A DNA stretch of 39,213 nucleotides. Origin: Octopus bimaculoides. Taxonomy: Eukaryota. Every line of letters begins with the position of its first letter. Positions within the stretch are counted from its first letter, which is position 1. The stretch lies in NCBI RefSeq assembly GCF_001194135.2, contig NC_068981.1, positions 75,583,606 through 75,622,818 on the forward strand. The letters run 5' to 3'. The notes under the pieces are model-generated. The model was not told the DNA's origin and searched no databases. It saw only the letters and a program-made list of their open reading frames with translations. Positions 25,996-36,756 of the stretch are shown here, piece after piece. A program made the translations under genes and the position numbers.

Positions 25996-27329
25996 AAAAA
26001 TAGATTATTAGATATGCAATAATATATAGCTATGCGTATCTAATATATGCAGCCTATTTGACGAGGTGTTAAACTGGAACCTCTTATTAACTACAACTCT
26101 ATTGAACAGCGAAGTTTCATTTTGCTGCTTTATATATCAAAAATATGGGTGGGTGTTTATACGTAGTCATTTGAGCTCGACTGTTCCTACAGGCTTGCGC
26201 AAATTCATTTCGGAGGTTTTGCTATTCTATTGAAAGAAGATTTCGATTCAGTTTCTTGAATGGATTGGATTCATCTTCTCCAATGGTTGATTGGTTCCGT
26301 TTAAAAGCTGGGTTTAAAAGCAAACGAGGCGCTAATTTATATGATATGTTAAACTACAAAATTCTAATAAATTAAAATTAAGTATAGATCGTGGGAAGTT
26401 TGTCTGATTTTGATAAACGCGGGGAAATTTCGGATATACTTCCGTTTTGTTTGCGATGCTTAGTAATATGTTTTGTTGAGTGTATTAAATTTTCGTAACA
26501 TTCATTTCTATACATAAAGCTCTTTTTCGTACGTTTGGATTTGGTTCTGTGAACTGTGCTTTTTGGTATTGAAAATATCGAATGAATATCTGATGATATA
26601 TGGGAATCTAAGAAAGAGGTAATGTAGATCGGTCTCCCATATGCATATACATAAGCAAAAACATACACACACACGTACACGCGCGAATACACACACTCAC
26701 ACACACACATATACATGTGTATGTACATACGAACATATATATACATATATACACATATTCGAATATTTATGTGTATGCGTATACATGTGAGTTTTCTCCG
26801 CTTGGAAGGAAGTTTTTTATGTACTATACTGTCAGTTTTTGAAAAGGTCGGCAAAATTTAGCACTCAATGCAGCGAAAGATAAACACAATATAATGAATA
26901 CAAGAGCTATATGTGAATTTCAAACTTTATATTGCTTCAGTAAGCTTTCAGTTTTAAATAACATGGCTCTTGTTGTATGAAGCTTTTCGGTTACTAGGTC
27001 ATTTACTGCATACAGAACTTCCTATCTGATCCTGAAAGTTGAAGTTTGTCATGTATTAATACTCTGGCCACAGCCTTTGGGTTGAAACACATAACAGAAT
27101 AAAGGACTATATATGCGTGTGCAAGCATATATATATTTAGGTCCATGTGTATATTAAAATCAGACGTCATTCGTGAGGACTTATGGCTTCGCAAAATGCA
27201 TGAAACTTTACTAATTAATTTAGGCACCCATGGTGTAGTCGATTGTTGGTTCAGCGGATCATCCAAGACTTGTGAGATGGAGAGGGAAAGAGAGTGAGGA
27301 AAGGAAGAACGAGCGTTGCACCAGCATTC

Positions 27330-27425
27330 GGCTGAAAAGACTAAGTTCCTTTCTCAACAGCATAACATGGCGCTGGGTCGAGGAGTTGAATCCTCAAATT
27401 TATGATCATGAATTGAACATTGTGA
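27330..27425 (-). mobile_element. Eroded SINE head fragment (family B/C-like)
   Basis: Minus strand GAGGATTCAACTCCTCGACCCAGCG...GTTATGCTGTTGAGAAAGGAACTT resembles the head/CORE junction at 14090-14140. Confidence 0.4.
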
Positions 27426-27429
27426 AATC

Positions 27430-27648
27430 TACGAGGAGATGCTGAAAAGTTCCTGGCTTTAAGGGTATCGCGAAAGGTCTGGCTGGAGGCCCAACCTTCC
27501 GTGTTCTTTTACAGAAATTAGAAAACTGAAAGACCGCTGCAATAAGTGTGTGAATATCAGAATGGAATACGTTGTCTAAAAATCATAATTAACTGATCCA
27601 CCTGCATATTCTTTTCCCAAAGCCAGAAACGTTTCAGTACCCACTCTA
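27430..27648 (+). mobile_element. Non-autonomous Tc1/mariner MITE retaining the transposase C-terminus
   Basis: TA-flanked TIRs CGAGGAGATGCTGAAAAGTTCCTGGCTTT / AAAGCCAGAAACGTTTCAGTACCCACTC. Interior translates VWLEAQPSVFFYR then (frameshift) IRKLKDRCNKCVNIRMEYVV*, matching the mariner end motif W..Q..FF..GI.KL..RW.KC....G.YVE. Confidence 0.8.
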
Positions 27649-29637
27649 TGTCAGTACACACATACATACATGCATGCATACATACATGCATGCATACATA
27701 CATACATACATACATACATACATGCATGCATGCATACATGCATACATACATACATACATACACGCATACATATAACTGAGCTAAATAGCGAGATATCGAA
27801 CTTTAATTTCTTTCCTGGTCAGATAAATACTTTTATGTTTATTTCTCAGCGAGTTCCACTTCCCTCTGACCTAGTTCTACTATTACTACAGTGGTCAGCC
27901 ATCCTCCTTCGCAACGAATGTGGTTTAGCTCAGGAGAAGTTAGCAATAGTGAATTTATTCTCTAACTTATGCAATCGACCGTCTATGGGATCGATTAATA
28001 AATGCGATTATTGTATTAGGGAAATCTGATTCTCCAAACTTATCAGAAACATGTGTAAGCTGCATCCATTAGCTTCTTGCTTCATGCGTGTGTACGTTTG
28101 TGCGTGTGTACATGCAAACGATATACTGAGTAATCGTTGGGAAGAAATCTATGGATGCGCCGTCCCACATTGCAGATATATTCTTATATTTTCTTCATGT
28201 GAGACCTAAGAAACTTAATATGAATTGGTTCGTGTTGTATACTATGTTAGTTATTAATATATCTTTCTGCAAATGCTAGAATGATGGGTGGAATATTCAA
28301 TGAACGAATTTTGCTGTGCAAATTAAAATTAATTGCTGTTTGATAAGCTCTCAGCTTTGTTAATAGCATGAAGCAAAACATATCACTTCCCATAACAAGA
28401 CACCCTATTCATAACTATAATCATACGTCGCAATGTGTAGACTTACGGCTGTATACATACGATACCCGTCTGCATGTTGCCCTTTCAGAGAATATAAAAA
28501 GTTCATTTTGGGAGAATAACAAAATTGATGATGAAATGAATACAGTTATGAGATATTAATACGATATAATACTTTATGAATAATGCAAACAATTTATTCC
28601 GTGAATTCGGATGAAAAATGAGCGTAAAATGATTTATGTGGCTGAAATGTATTACACTTACTTGGCGAAAATGGAATCAAAAACATATATCTTTTCATAT
28701 TACCTATTATGTCTTTGAAATTGCTTTCTAACTTCACATATATTACTATGCAAAAAACAATGTGTTTGTGTGTGTTTGTATTGAGTGTGTGTTGTGTGTG
28801 TGTGTTGTGTGTGTATGTGTGTGTGTGTGTGTGTGCATAAAACTCTATTTTACGATGCAAAAAACAATATATATATGATATGTGTGTCTCTGTGTTTGCG
28901 TGTGCGTGTATGTGTACTTATGTATGTATAACAAATATAAGACACACACACATATATATTATGCATGCGTTAGTGAGTTCGTAAATGTGTGTGCATGTGT
29001 GTGTGTATATAAATCTATTTAATGCCTGTTCTATATTGGAATACATCTTTTGAGCATTAGATAGACTACAAAACAATTTTACCATAAATTTATTGTAAAA
29101 CTGCTGTCTTTGAAGCTCTCCAAATCTAGTGGACATTGTATTGGAGCAATAGCAGACATTAGGCTGCCAGGAAGAAAAATGTGTCTCTTTCTGGGTAGAA
29201 CATTTCATGAAAGGGTTTCGCAAAAGGCACATTAAACATAACTTCCAGAAACTTCTTTCTGGTTTTCACATTCATTACGTCAAACTTTTCATATTTGATA
29301 CATTTGCTTCTCTGAATATCAACACTAACACTGAACCCTTGATGCATTTGGGTACAGATCATTCTGTTGCAGCCCTCATTCTGAGGATGACTTCCAGCTT
29401 TCCATTCACTAGTTTTAATACTTTGAAAAGACTTACTTGCTTGACTTACTTCTCTGACTAAGCAATAAATTACATATTCTCAGCTCCGCTTGATGTGGTG
29501 ATATTTGAATTTATCACATCATTTCATCAATATAATCATGTCTTATACCGTGTTCCTAACTAACCTGTTACCTGCATTGTTGAGCTGAATGTGTTCTGAG
29601 TATCATCATCATGTGATGACGACGAAGATTATGATGA

Positions 29638-29809
29638 TTATGAAGCGGAAGATAAGGATGCGGATAATGGTGATACGGAGATATCAGTATCGCGACTGTT
29701 GTGTTGAGAGAAAACTCCCAGGACGCGTTCGGCATGGCGAAAGTCAATGGTGAAGTGGTTGCTAAAAGGCTGCAGTGAGCCAAGAAATTTTAATGAATTA
29801 ATTTGCCAC
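29638..29809 (-). CDS. Candidate terminal coding exon (phase 2 start), product unknown
   Basis: Strong acceptor GGTTCTTTCTCTTCACTACAG; only the phase-2 frame stays open (WQINSLKFLGSLQPFSNHFTIDFRHAERVLGVFSQHNSRDTDISVSPLSASLSSAS*). The distal part overlaps a degenerate trinucleotide tract. Confidence 0.3.
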
Positions 29810-30057
29810 CTGTAGTGAAGAGAAAGAACCATTAGCTTAATGATCACTTCTACTTCAGGAAGGCAGTGGAAATATCTCCGAAATTTGTGTTAGGTAAAAT
29901 TAATTAAAAATAGAATATGGGAAATGCAATACTGTGTATGACTGATGTCAGCAGTAAAGTGATAATTCCAGGTACGACTAATCCTTATACTGATGGTTGT
30001 GATTATGCGATGCTTCTATTTAGCTAGGCATGTATTTGGCTTCTATTTAGCTTAAAT

Positions 30058-30150
30058 TTTTTGTCAGTCATGAGACTGCGGATATGCTGGGGCACGACTT
30101 TGACAAATTTCAGCCGAACGAATCGACTACAGTACTTATGCGGTAGTGGG

Positions 30151-30224
<74 letters not shown>

Positions 30225-30495
30225 ACACACACATACACACACGCACATATACACACGCACATACACACACGCACACGCACACACATACATACACACACGC
30301 ACACACATACATACATACATTATATGTGCATATACGAGACGTTTCTTTCAGTTTCCGTCTGCTAAACACTAACAGGGCTTTGGTCGGCCCGATGCTCTAC
30401 TAGAAGGCACTTGCCTAAGATGCCACGTAGTGTGAGTCAACCGGGAACTACGTGGTTGAGAAGCAAACATCTTACTACAAAGTCACGCCTACGCC
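30058..30495 (-). mobile_element. Family D SINE with expanded internal (CA)n-type microsatellite and internal deletion
   Basis: TTTCTTTCAGTTTCCGTC...GCTTTGGTCGGCCCGA...CTAGAAGGCACTTGCC and the 3' part CAGTCATGAGACTGCGG...GAATCGACTACAGTACTTAT. Confidence 0.8.
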
Positions 30496-30558
30496 TTCCC
30501 ATCACTGAAATAAGGATACAAAAATAAGCATGAGTTTGTTCGTAATCCATGAAGTTAA

Positions 30559-30603
<45 letters not shown>

Positions 30604-31122
30604 CTCTCTTTCTATAATTTCTCTCCCATGTTATCTCTGTCTTTATATATATGTCGGTGTGCATTTAAACACAAGCACACACACACACACACACATACAT
30701 ACATATGGAACTGTCAATACCGGCACATTTTTTTCCGTCTTCGCCCCCCCCCCCTCTCTCTNNNNNNNNNNNNNNNNNNNNNNNNNNNNNNNNNNNNNNN
30801 NNNNNNNNNNNNNNNNNNNNNNNNNNNNNNNNNNNNNNNNNNNNNNNNNNNNNNNNNNNNNNNNNNNNNNNNNNNNNNNNNNNNNNNNNNNNNNNNNNNN
30901 NNNNNNNNNNNNNNNNNNNNNNNNNNNNNNNNNNNNNNNNNNNNNNNNNNNNNNNNNNNNNNNNNNNNNNNNNNNNNNNNNNNNNNNNNNNNNNNNNNNN
31001 NNNNNNNNNNNNNNNNNNNNNNNNNNNNNNNNNNNNNNNNNNNNNNNNNNNNNNNNNNNNNNNNNNNNNNNNNNNNNNNNNNNNNNNNNNNNNNNNNNNN
31101 NNNNNNNNNNNNNNNNNNNNNN

Positions 31123-31183
<61 letters not shown>

Positions 31184-31374
31184 TACGCATATATATACAC
31201 ATACACAATTGTATATATCATGTTGCCTACTTGGACTTCACCATGTGAACATTCCCTTATCTAACTGTAAACGCATTGTAAGTTTAACCTTTTATTTCTG
31301 TGATTTTGCTGCTATCAAAGCTTTTGCTTTTCTTATAAACCTTCATAAATAGAAGCATTCATTAGAACATTCAC

Positions 31375-31440
<66 letters not shown>

Positions 31441-31447
31441 CGGTAGA

Positions 31448-31522
<75 letters not shown>
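31375..31522. repeat. (TAG)n microsatellite with embedded (CAG)n block
   Basis: Directly visible. Confidence 0.95.
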
Positions 31523-32249
31523 TGCAACCTCAACCTTGTGTTGATAATGTTGGCGAAAGCAATAATATTAATAGTAGGTGTATTAACAGATGTTGCTAAT
31601 ATAGTAGAAACAGTAATAAAAGTACCAGTAGTATGAATTGTTGTAGCTGGTGTGATAGTATTAGTAGTATCAACAGCAGTAATAGTAGGGATGGAAATGT
31701 TTGTCTGATCTTATTTCCCTTGTTCTGTTTTTCTCTTTCCTTATCGTTTCTATTTACATTGTTGGAGGCGGTGTTTGGGTTGAAGGCATTATACTGGTGT
31801 TGATGTTGATAGCGATGTCTAGTAATTCCTTACACATGTTCTAAAGAAAAGAAATGAAACATGTATTCACATTTTAAGTCCGAAATACATATGTACTTAA
31901 AAGCGGAGGCTAACCTCGCCTCATATATCATGACTGCTTTCTCCTTTCACCGATCTTTTTTTAGCAACGAAGCCAAATTCTACGTGGTAATTTTTGTTAT
32001 TAAAGATTTTGTCTTCTTGTTGTTGTTGTAGTTATCGTTGATGTTGTTGCTGTCATTTTTTATGATGGCCTCAAAAGATATTTCGTTTAAATATTTTCTA
32101 TTTCTTCCCTGCATCAAACATATAACAGTGTTTAATAAGCTAGGAAACGAATGTTGGGATTAACTATCAGTTACAGCGTCAATAGTAACACCATCACACC
32201 ATCTTCACACCAACATCCACCGCAGCGATCATCATGATCACAAACATTA

Positions 32250-32500
32250 CTAACGTCTGGTTCCTATCTGTCAACCACAACCAGCTTTCTTCACATCCAA
32301 CATCATCAGATTTTTCCATGAATTGGCCGTATAATTCATTCTCTGTTCAGCTATTTGTCATTTTCTACTTTCTGTCCTTGGATCCTCTCTCTGTCTTATT
32401 CGATATTTCTGGCCATAGATATTCTTTTTTGATCATACAAATAAATTTGTTAGATGCAAAGTATACCATAAGTGCTGCAACAGTGGGTTTTAGAACCAAA
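32250..32500 (-). mobile_element. Fragment resembling the post-RT region of R4/Dong-clade LINEs
   Basis: Translates ...MIKKEYLW...DRK*KMTNS*TENELYGQFMEKSDDVGCEESWLWLTD, matching the recalled pattern W.EK.LHGQF......D...SW.WL (the TGA sits where Trp is expected). Confidence 0.5.
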
Positions 32501-32532
32501 ATTATTGTCCCTGAAGACTGTCTTCATTAACT

Positions 32533-32578
32533 CGATTACCTCATTTACCGATTACCTCATTTACCGATTACCTCATTT
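32533..32578. repeat. 16-bp tandem repeat, 2.9 copies, at the mariner/LINE junction
   Basis: CGATTACCTCATTTAC x2 plus 14 nt. Confidence 0.95.
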
Positions 32579-33267
32579 GTTGACAAAGATGTGTATAGTC
32601 TCTCATTATAATGGTTAATGGCAACCGTTTTCAGATTTATGTTCGTTATCTTACTCCTAATGGCTTCTCTAAGCGTTTTGAGTGTCTCAATGTACTATGC
32701 ATTGTTCACATTACAAATACATTCCCGAAATGTAAGGAGAATGACACACTTGTCCTTCACAAACAGTCAAGCATTTCTTTACTCGTTGAAACGCTTTAAG
32801 CCTCGAAGAAGTGTGATGACAGTCTATAAGGAGAACCTTTGCTTCTGGATTATAAAAGTAGGATCACATGATCATCAAGTGTTCGGAAGAAACCTATCTT
32901 CATTGGCTTCAAACGCTTCCAGCAGAGCAGAGAATAATTTAACCCTTTCATCTAACAAGTCAGGTTTTAACATGTGAAGTTTCAACTCAGCACCTCATTT
33001 TCCACACCGAGTGTTATCTGTCATCATATGTAATACACTGTGACTAGAGATTACTTGTGCAATGAGCTTACGATCTCTCTGCTAGAATCTGCTGATACAC
33101 TTACTGGCGATTCATTTGAGTTGCAGAACATGATGATATTCCATTCCGTGCAATTTCTTTACTCATTTGTGTACATCGGATAACATCCCACATTTTCCCC
33201 TTCTAAACAACATGTAGTCTTCTGTGAAAAATTCAATAACAACATGTTGCTTATATTTGGGCGTCAT
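32570..33267 (-). pseudogene. Decayed mariner (DD34D-type) transposase, C-terminus missing
   Basis: MTPKYKQHVVIEFFTED (N-terminal QRAVIEFL motif); LHMLKPDLLDERVKLFSALLEAFEANEDRFL (after WVPRML); FYNPEAK (HYDPETK); CVILL...YIETLKTLREAIRSK...VAINHYNERLYTSLST (HHDNARPHTS). Many stops and frameshifts. Possible eroded TIR TATGTTGGCTGTCTTGAG ending at 33402. Confidence 0.85.
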
Positions 33268-33567
33268 TAATCACCTGTCGTGAACAAGAAGATGAATAAT
33301 TATAAAAGTATAGTTGCTATTCCAGCATTCGTAATTCGAACGGCCTAAGCCTGTCAGTACAACAATTAAACACCTCCACATGATCTCAAGACAGCCAACA
33401 TATGTTTTTGTTTACGTGTTTGTGTGTATGAGCGAGTGCGCTTGGGAATGTCCTTCAGTGTGTGTATAAATACACGCACACATGAGTATATATTTCATTT
33501 CAAAGATCCCACAGATATATGCGTGTGCGCGCGTCCATCTATCTATCTATCTATCTACCTATATACC

Positions 33568-33605
<38 letters not shown>

Positions 33606-34189
33606 NNNNNNNNNNNNNNNNNNNNNNNNNNNNNNNNNNNNNNNNNNNNNNNNNNNNNNNNNNNNNNNNNNNNNNNNNNNNNNNNNNNNNNNNNNNNNNN
33701 NNNNNNNNNNNNNNNNNNNNNNNNNNNNNNNNNNNNNNNNNNNNNNNNNNNNNNNNNNNNNNNNNNNNNNNNNNNNNNNNNNNNNNNNNNNNNNNNNNNN
33801 NNNNNNNNNNNNNNNNNNNNNNNNNNNNNNNNNNNNNNNNNNNNNNNNNNNNNNNNNNNNNNNNNNNNNNNNNNNNNNNNNNNNNNNNNNNNNNNNNNNN
33901 NNNNNNNNNNNNNNNNNNNNNNNNNNNNNNNNNNNNNNNNNNNNNNNNNNNNNNNNNNNNNNNNNNNNNNNNNNNNNNNNNNNNNNNNNNNNNNNNNNNN
34001 NNNNNNNNNNNNNNNNNNNNNNNNNNNNNNNNNNNNNNNNNNNNNNNNNNNNNNNNNNNNNNNNNNNNNNNNNNNNNNNNNNNNNNNNNNNNNNNNNNNN
34101 NNNNNNNNNNNNNNNNNNNNNNNNNNNNNNNNNNNNNNNNNNNNNNNNNNNNNNNNNNNNNNNNNNNNNNNNNNNNNNNNNNNNNNNNN

Positions 34190-34214
<25 letters not shown>

Positions 34215-34220
<6 letters not shown>

Positions 34221-34469
34221 TAACGAGGCTCACAACGCAATTGTATACAAAATCGATATACACTCTCATATCTGATTATAAGTCCATCAACAAGAGCACA
34301 CCTAACTACACACTCATATAGATACTCACTTCAGCTAAGTCAAATAAAACACAAAACCCAAGAACTGAATTTTTGTCTTCACCACATGAGCTTTGACTTT
34401 TGTTAGCGACTTTCTTGAATTCTGTAAATAAGAAAAATATTAATCACTAAGGAAAAGTCACGTACGTGC
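34215..34469 (-). repeat. Left arm of a 255-bp inverted repeat; contains a 92-nt exon-like cassette (34330-34421)
   Basis: Reverse complement aligns end to end with 35800-36054; TTTTTCTTATTTACAG | 92 nt | GTGAGT. Confidence 0.92.
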
Positions 34470-35799
34470 TGTGATATAACAGCGGAAAAATTACGTATGT
34501 GCGGTTATATAACGGTTATATTAACTTATTTAGCATTCAACTGTGTCAACAGTTAATAATCAAATAAGTTCCAGGTCGATTTGTTTAACTGAAACCCTTG
34601 AAGACAACACTGTAGCTTGGCGGCAACTAATCGACGTAAAGTGTTTAACGAGTAAAAAATGACGTTGTTATGATGTTCATGAAAGGGAGTAGTATTTCGT
34701 GTATGTATTGGAAAAAGCTTACCGCGAATCTATTCATGTAAGCAACAAACACCTTGTGTGAGGTGTTGGGACAGAAAGAAGAGTTTGCTGCTGCATACAG
34801 AAAATGACAGTAGTGTCATTTACCAATGCAATCGCAAGTGCATGATTGGCGTTCATGCATGCCTATCATATATGTATGTTGTGCATGTATGCTTGCTTGT
34901 ATGCATGTATATATATATATATATACTTTTACAGAGTTCAGTCTCTGGACTGCCGCAAATGGGAATAAACACCACGAGATTATGGTCAATCGTATCGATA
35001 CCATTTCATATGTTAAAGTCTGGCCATTATATTATCGAAAGCTACCAATTAAACCGCTAAGTCAGTGTCATAATCAAACTGATGTAAGCATGTACACAAA
35101 TATAGACTAAGTGTGTATACCTGTATATGTCGGTGCATATATATGCGAAGTCTCTCTCTCTCTCACTCCCCCCCCCACACATATATAGCTATCAGTCAAT
35201 CTATCTATATCCATGCCTATGTGTCTGTATGCATGGATGCATATGTATTGTACATATGTGAGCGTATATGTGTGTATGTACCGTTTCCTCCTCTGTAAAT
35301 CCTGTCAAAAAACGTTGGATGACAGGAAGCTAGTTAAAGGTTAGGTGACACACAGCAGGAATGAACACGAGACTATATAGTCCTGAAGCGAACGTCATAT
35401 GAACCCAGCCTCTTCTGTCTCTTTTTCTTCCTCACAATCCTTAGACATATATATATATATATATATAAATACATATATATATATATATGATATGTATGTA
35501 TGTATGTATGTATAAATAAGAAAAAGTGGCACAACAAGGCACCGATGTTTGCTGGAAATAGTCGATAACTGTACGACGCTATGTAAAGCATCAATGAATG
35601 TATAGAGGCAAAGATGTGTGCGGGCACCGAATATAAAAAAAAAATCGTCGTACGTCTAGGAATAACGCCGGATTAATTGATAACCTAGAATGGATAACCT
35701 AGTACTCGAGTTTCGGAATTTCCAGAATAAGTTTGTTATCGTAAATCTGGTTAGTCTTCTTTTGAACTAGATTCACGAAAGACAAAATTTAGAATATCC

Positions 35800-36054
35800 G
35801 CACGTATGTAACTTTTTCTTTGAAATTAATTTTTTTCTTATTTACAGAATTCAAGGAAATCATTAACAAAAGTCAAAGCTCATGTGGTGAAGCCAAAAAT
35901 TCACTTCTTAGGTTTTGTGGTCTATTTGACTCAGCTGAAGTGAGTATCTATGTGAGTGTGTAGTTTGGCGTGTTCTTGTTGATGGACTTACAATCATATA
36001 TGAGAGTGTATATCGTTTTAGTATACAAGTGTGGTGTAAGCCTCGTTAGCATAT
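35800..36054 (+). repeat. Right arm of the 255-bp inverted repeat
   Basis: Reverse complement of the left arm; exon portions differ at 10 of 92 positions. Confidence 0.92.
35848..35939 (+). CDS. Candidate 92-nt exon, product unknown
   Basis: TTTTTTTCTTATTTACAG | ... GCTGAA | GTGAGT. Two frames open: NSRKSLTKVKAHVVKPKIHFLGFVVYLTQL and FKEIINKSQSSCGEAKNSLLRFCGLFDSAE. Confidence 0.45.
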
Positions 36055-36156
36055 GTGTGTGTGCGTGTTTTTGTAAGTGTGAATGCCAGTATATTCGGCT
36101 GATACGCCTAGCTATAAAGAAAACCAAGTTCGGTGAAGAAGTTTTATACAAAAATT

Positions 36157-36331
36157 ATAAATATTATTGCAATACAATACTATTGTTTTCCAGCTAAATA
36201 AAGCACCGTAAATGGAGAATTATAAATAAGAAATAGTGGCACAACATTGGTGCCTTGTTGTGCCAATATTTCCTATTTATAACTCTATATTTAACTGGAA
36301 AATAATACTATTGTATTGCAATAACATTTAT
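36157..36331. repeat. About 175-bp foldback palindrome
   Basis: TTATTGCAATACAATACTATTGTTTTCCAG...TGGCACAACA [9-nt loop] TGTTGTGCCA...CTGGAAAATAATACTATTGTATTGCAATAA. Confidence 0.9.
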
Positions 36332-36358
36332 TTTCTTTTATATGTATGTACATATATA

Positions 36359-36546
36359 TGTAAACACACCAACATCGGCTATCGAACGATGCTAGTGAGA
36401 AGTCAGACCCAAATACACAAATACATACATACGTACACAAACACACACACACACACATATGCACGCACACACATACAGATACACACAGACACAGACAGGC
36501 ACAGATAGACAGACAAACAGACAGACAGACACACACACACACACAC

Positions 36547-36597
<51 letters not shown>
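36359..36597 (-). mobile_element. Family D SINE middle fragment plus expanded microsatellite, runs into gap
   Basis: GTAAACACACCAACATCGG is the reverse complement of the family's CCGATGTTGGTGTGTTTA(C/T) segment. Confidence 0.55.
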
Positions 36598-36756
36598 NNN
36601 NNNNNNNNNNNNNNNNNNNNNNNNNNNNNNNNNNNNNNNNNNNNNNNNNNNNNNNNNNNNNNNNNNNNNNNNNNNNNNNNNNNNNNNNNNNNNNNNNNNN
36701 NNNNNNNNNNNNNNNNNNNNNNNNNNNNNNNNNNNNNNNNNNNNNNNNNNNNNNNN

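Noticed and set aside
26193-26375. Plus-strand acceptor followed by a ~60-codon frame
   Set aside because: Peptide is not recognisable, and there is no donor or partner exon.
27780-28070. GC-richer block that might be a transposon ORF remnant
   Set aside because: No recognisable motif in any frame I translated.
31750-31843. Strong minus-strand acceptor at about 31843
   Set aside because: Gives either a 7-nt exon or short frames ending in stops; no support.
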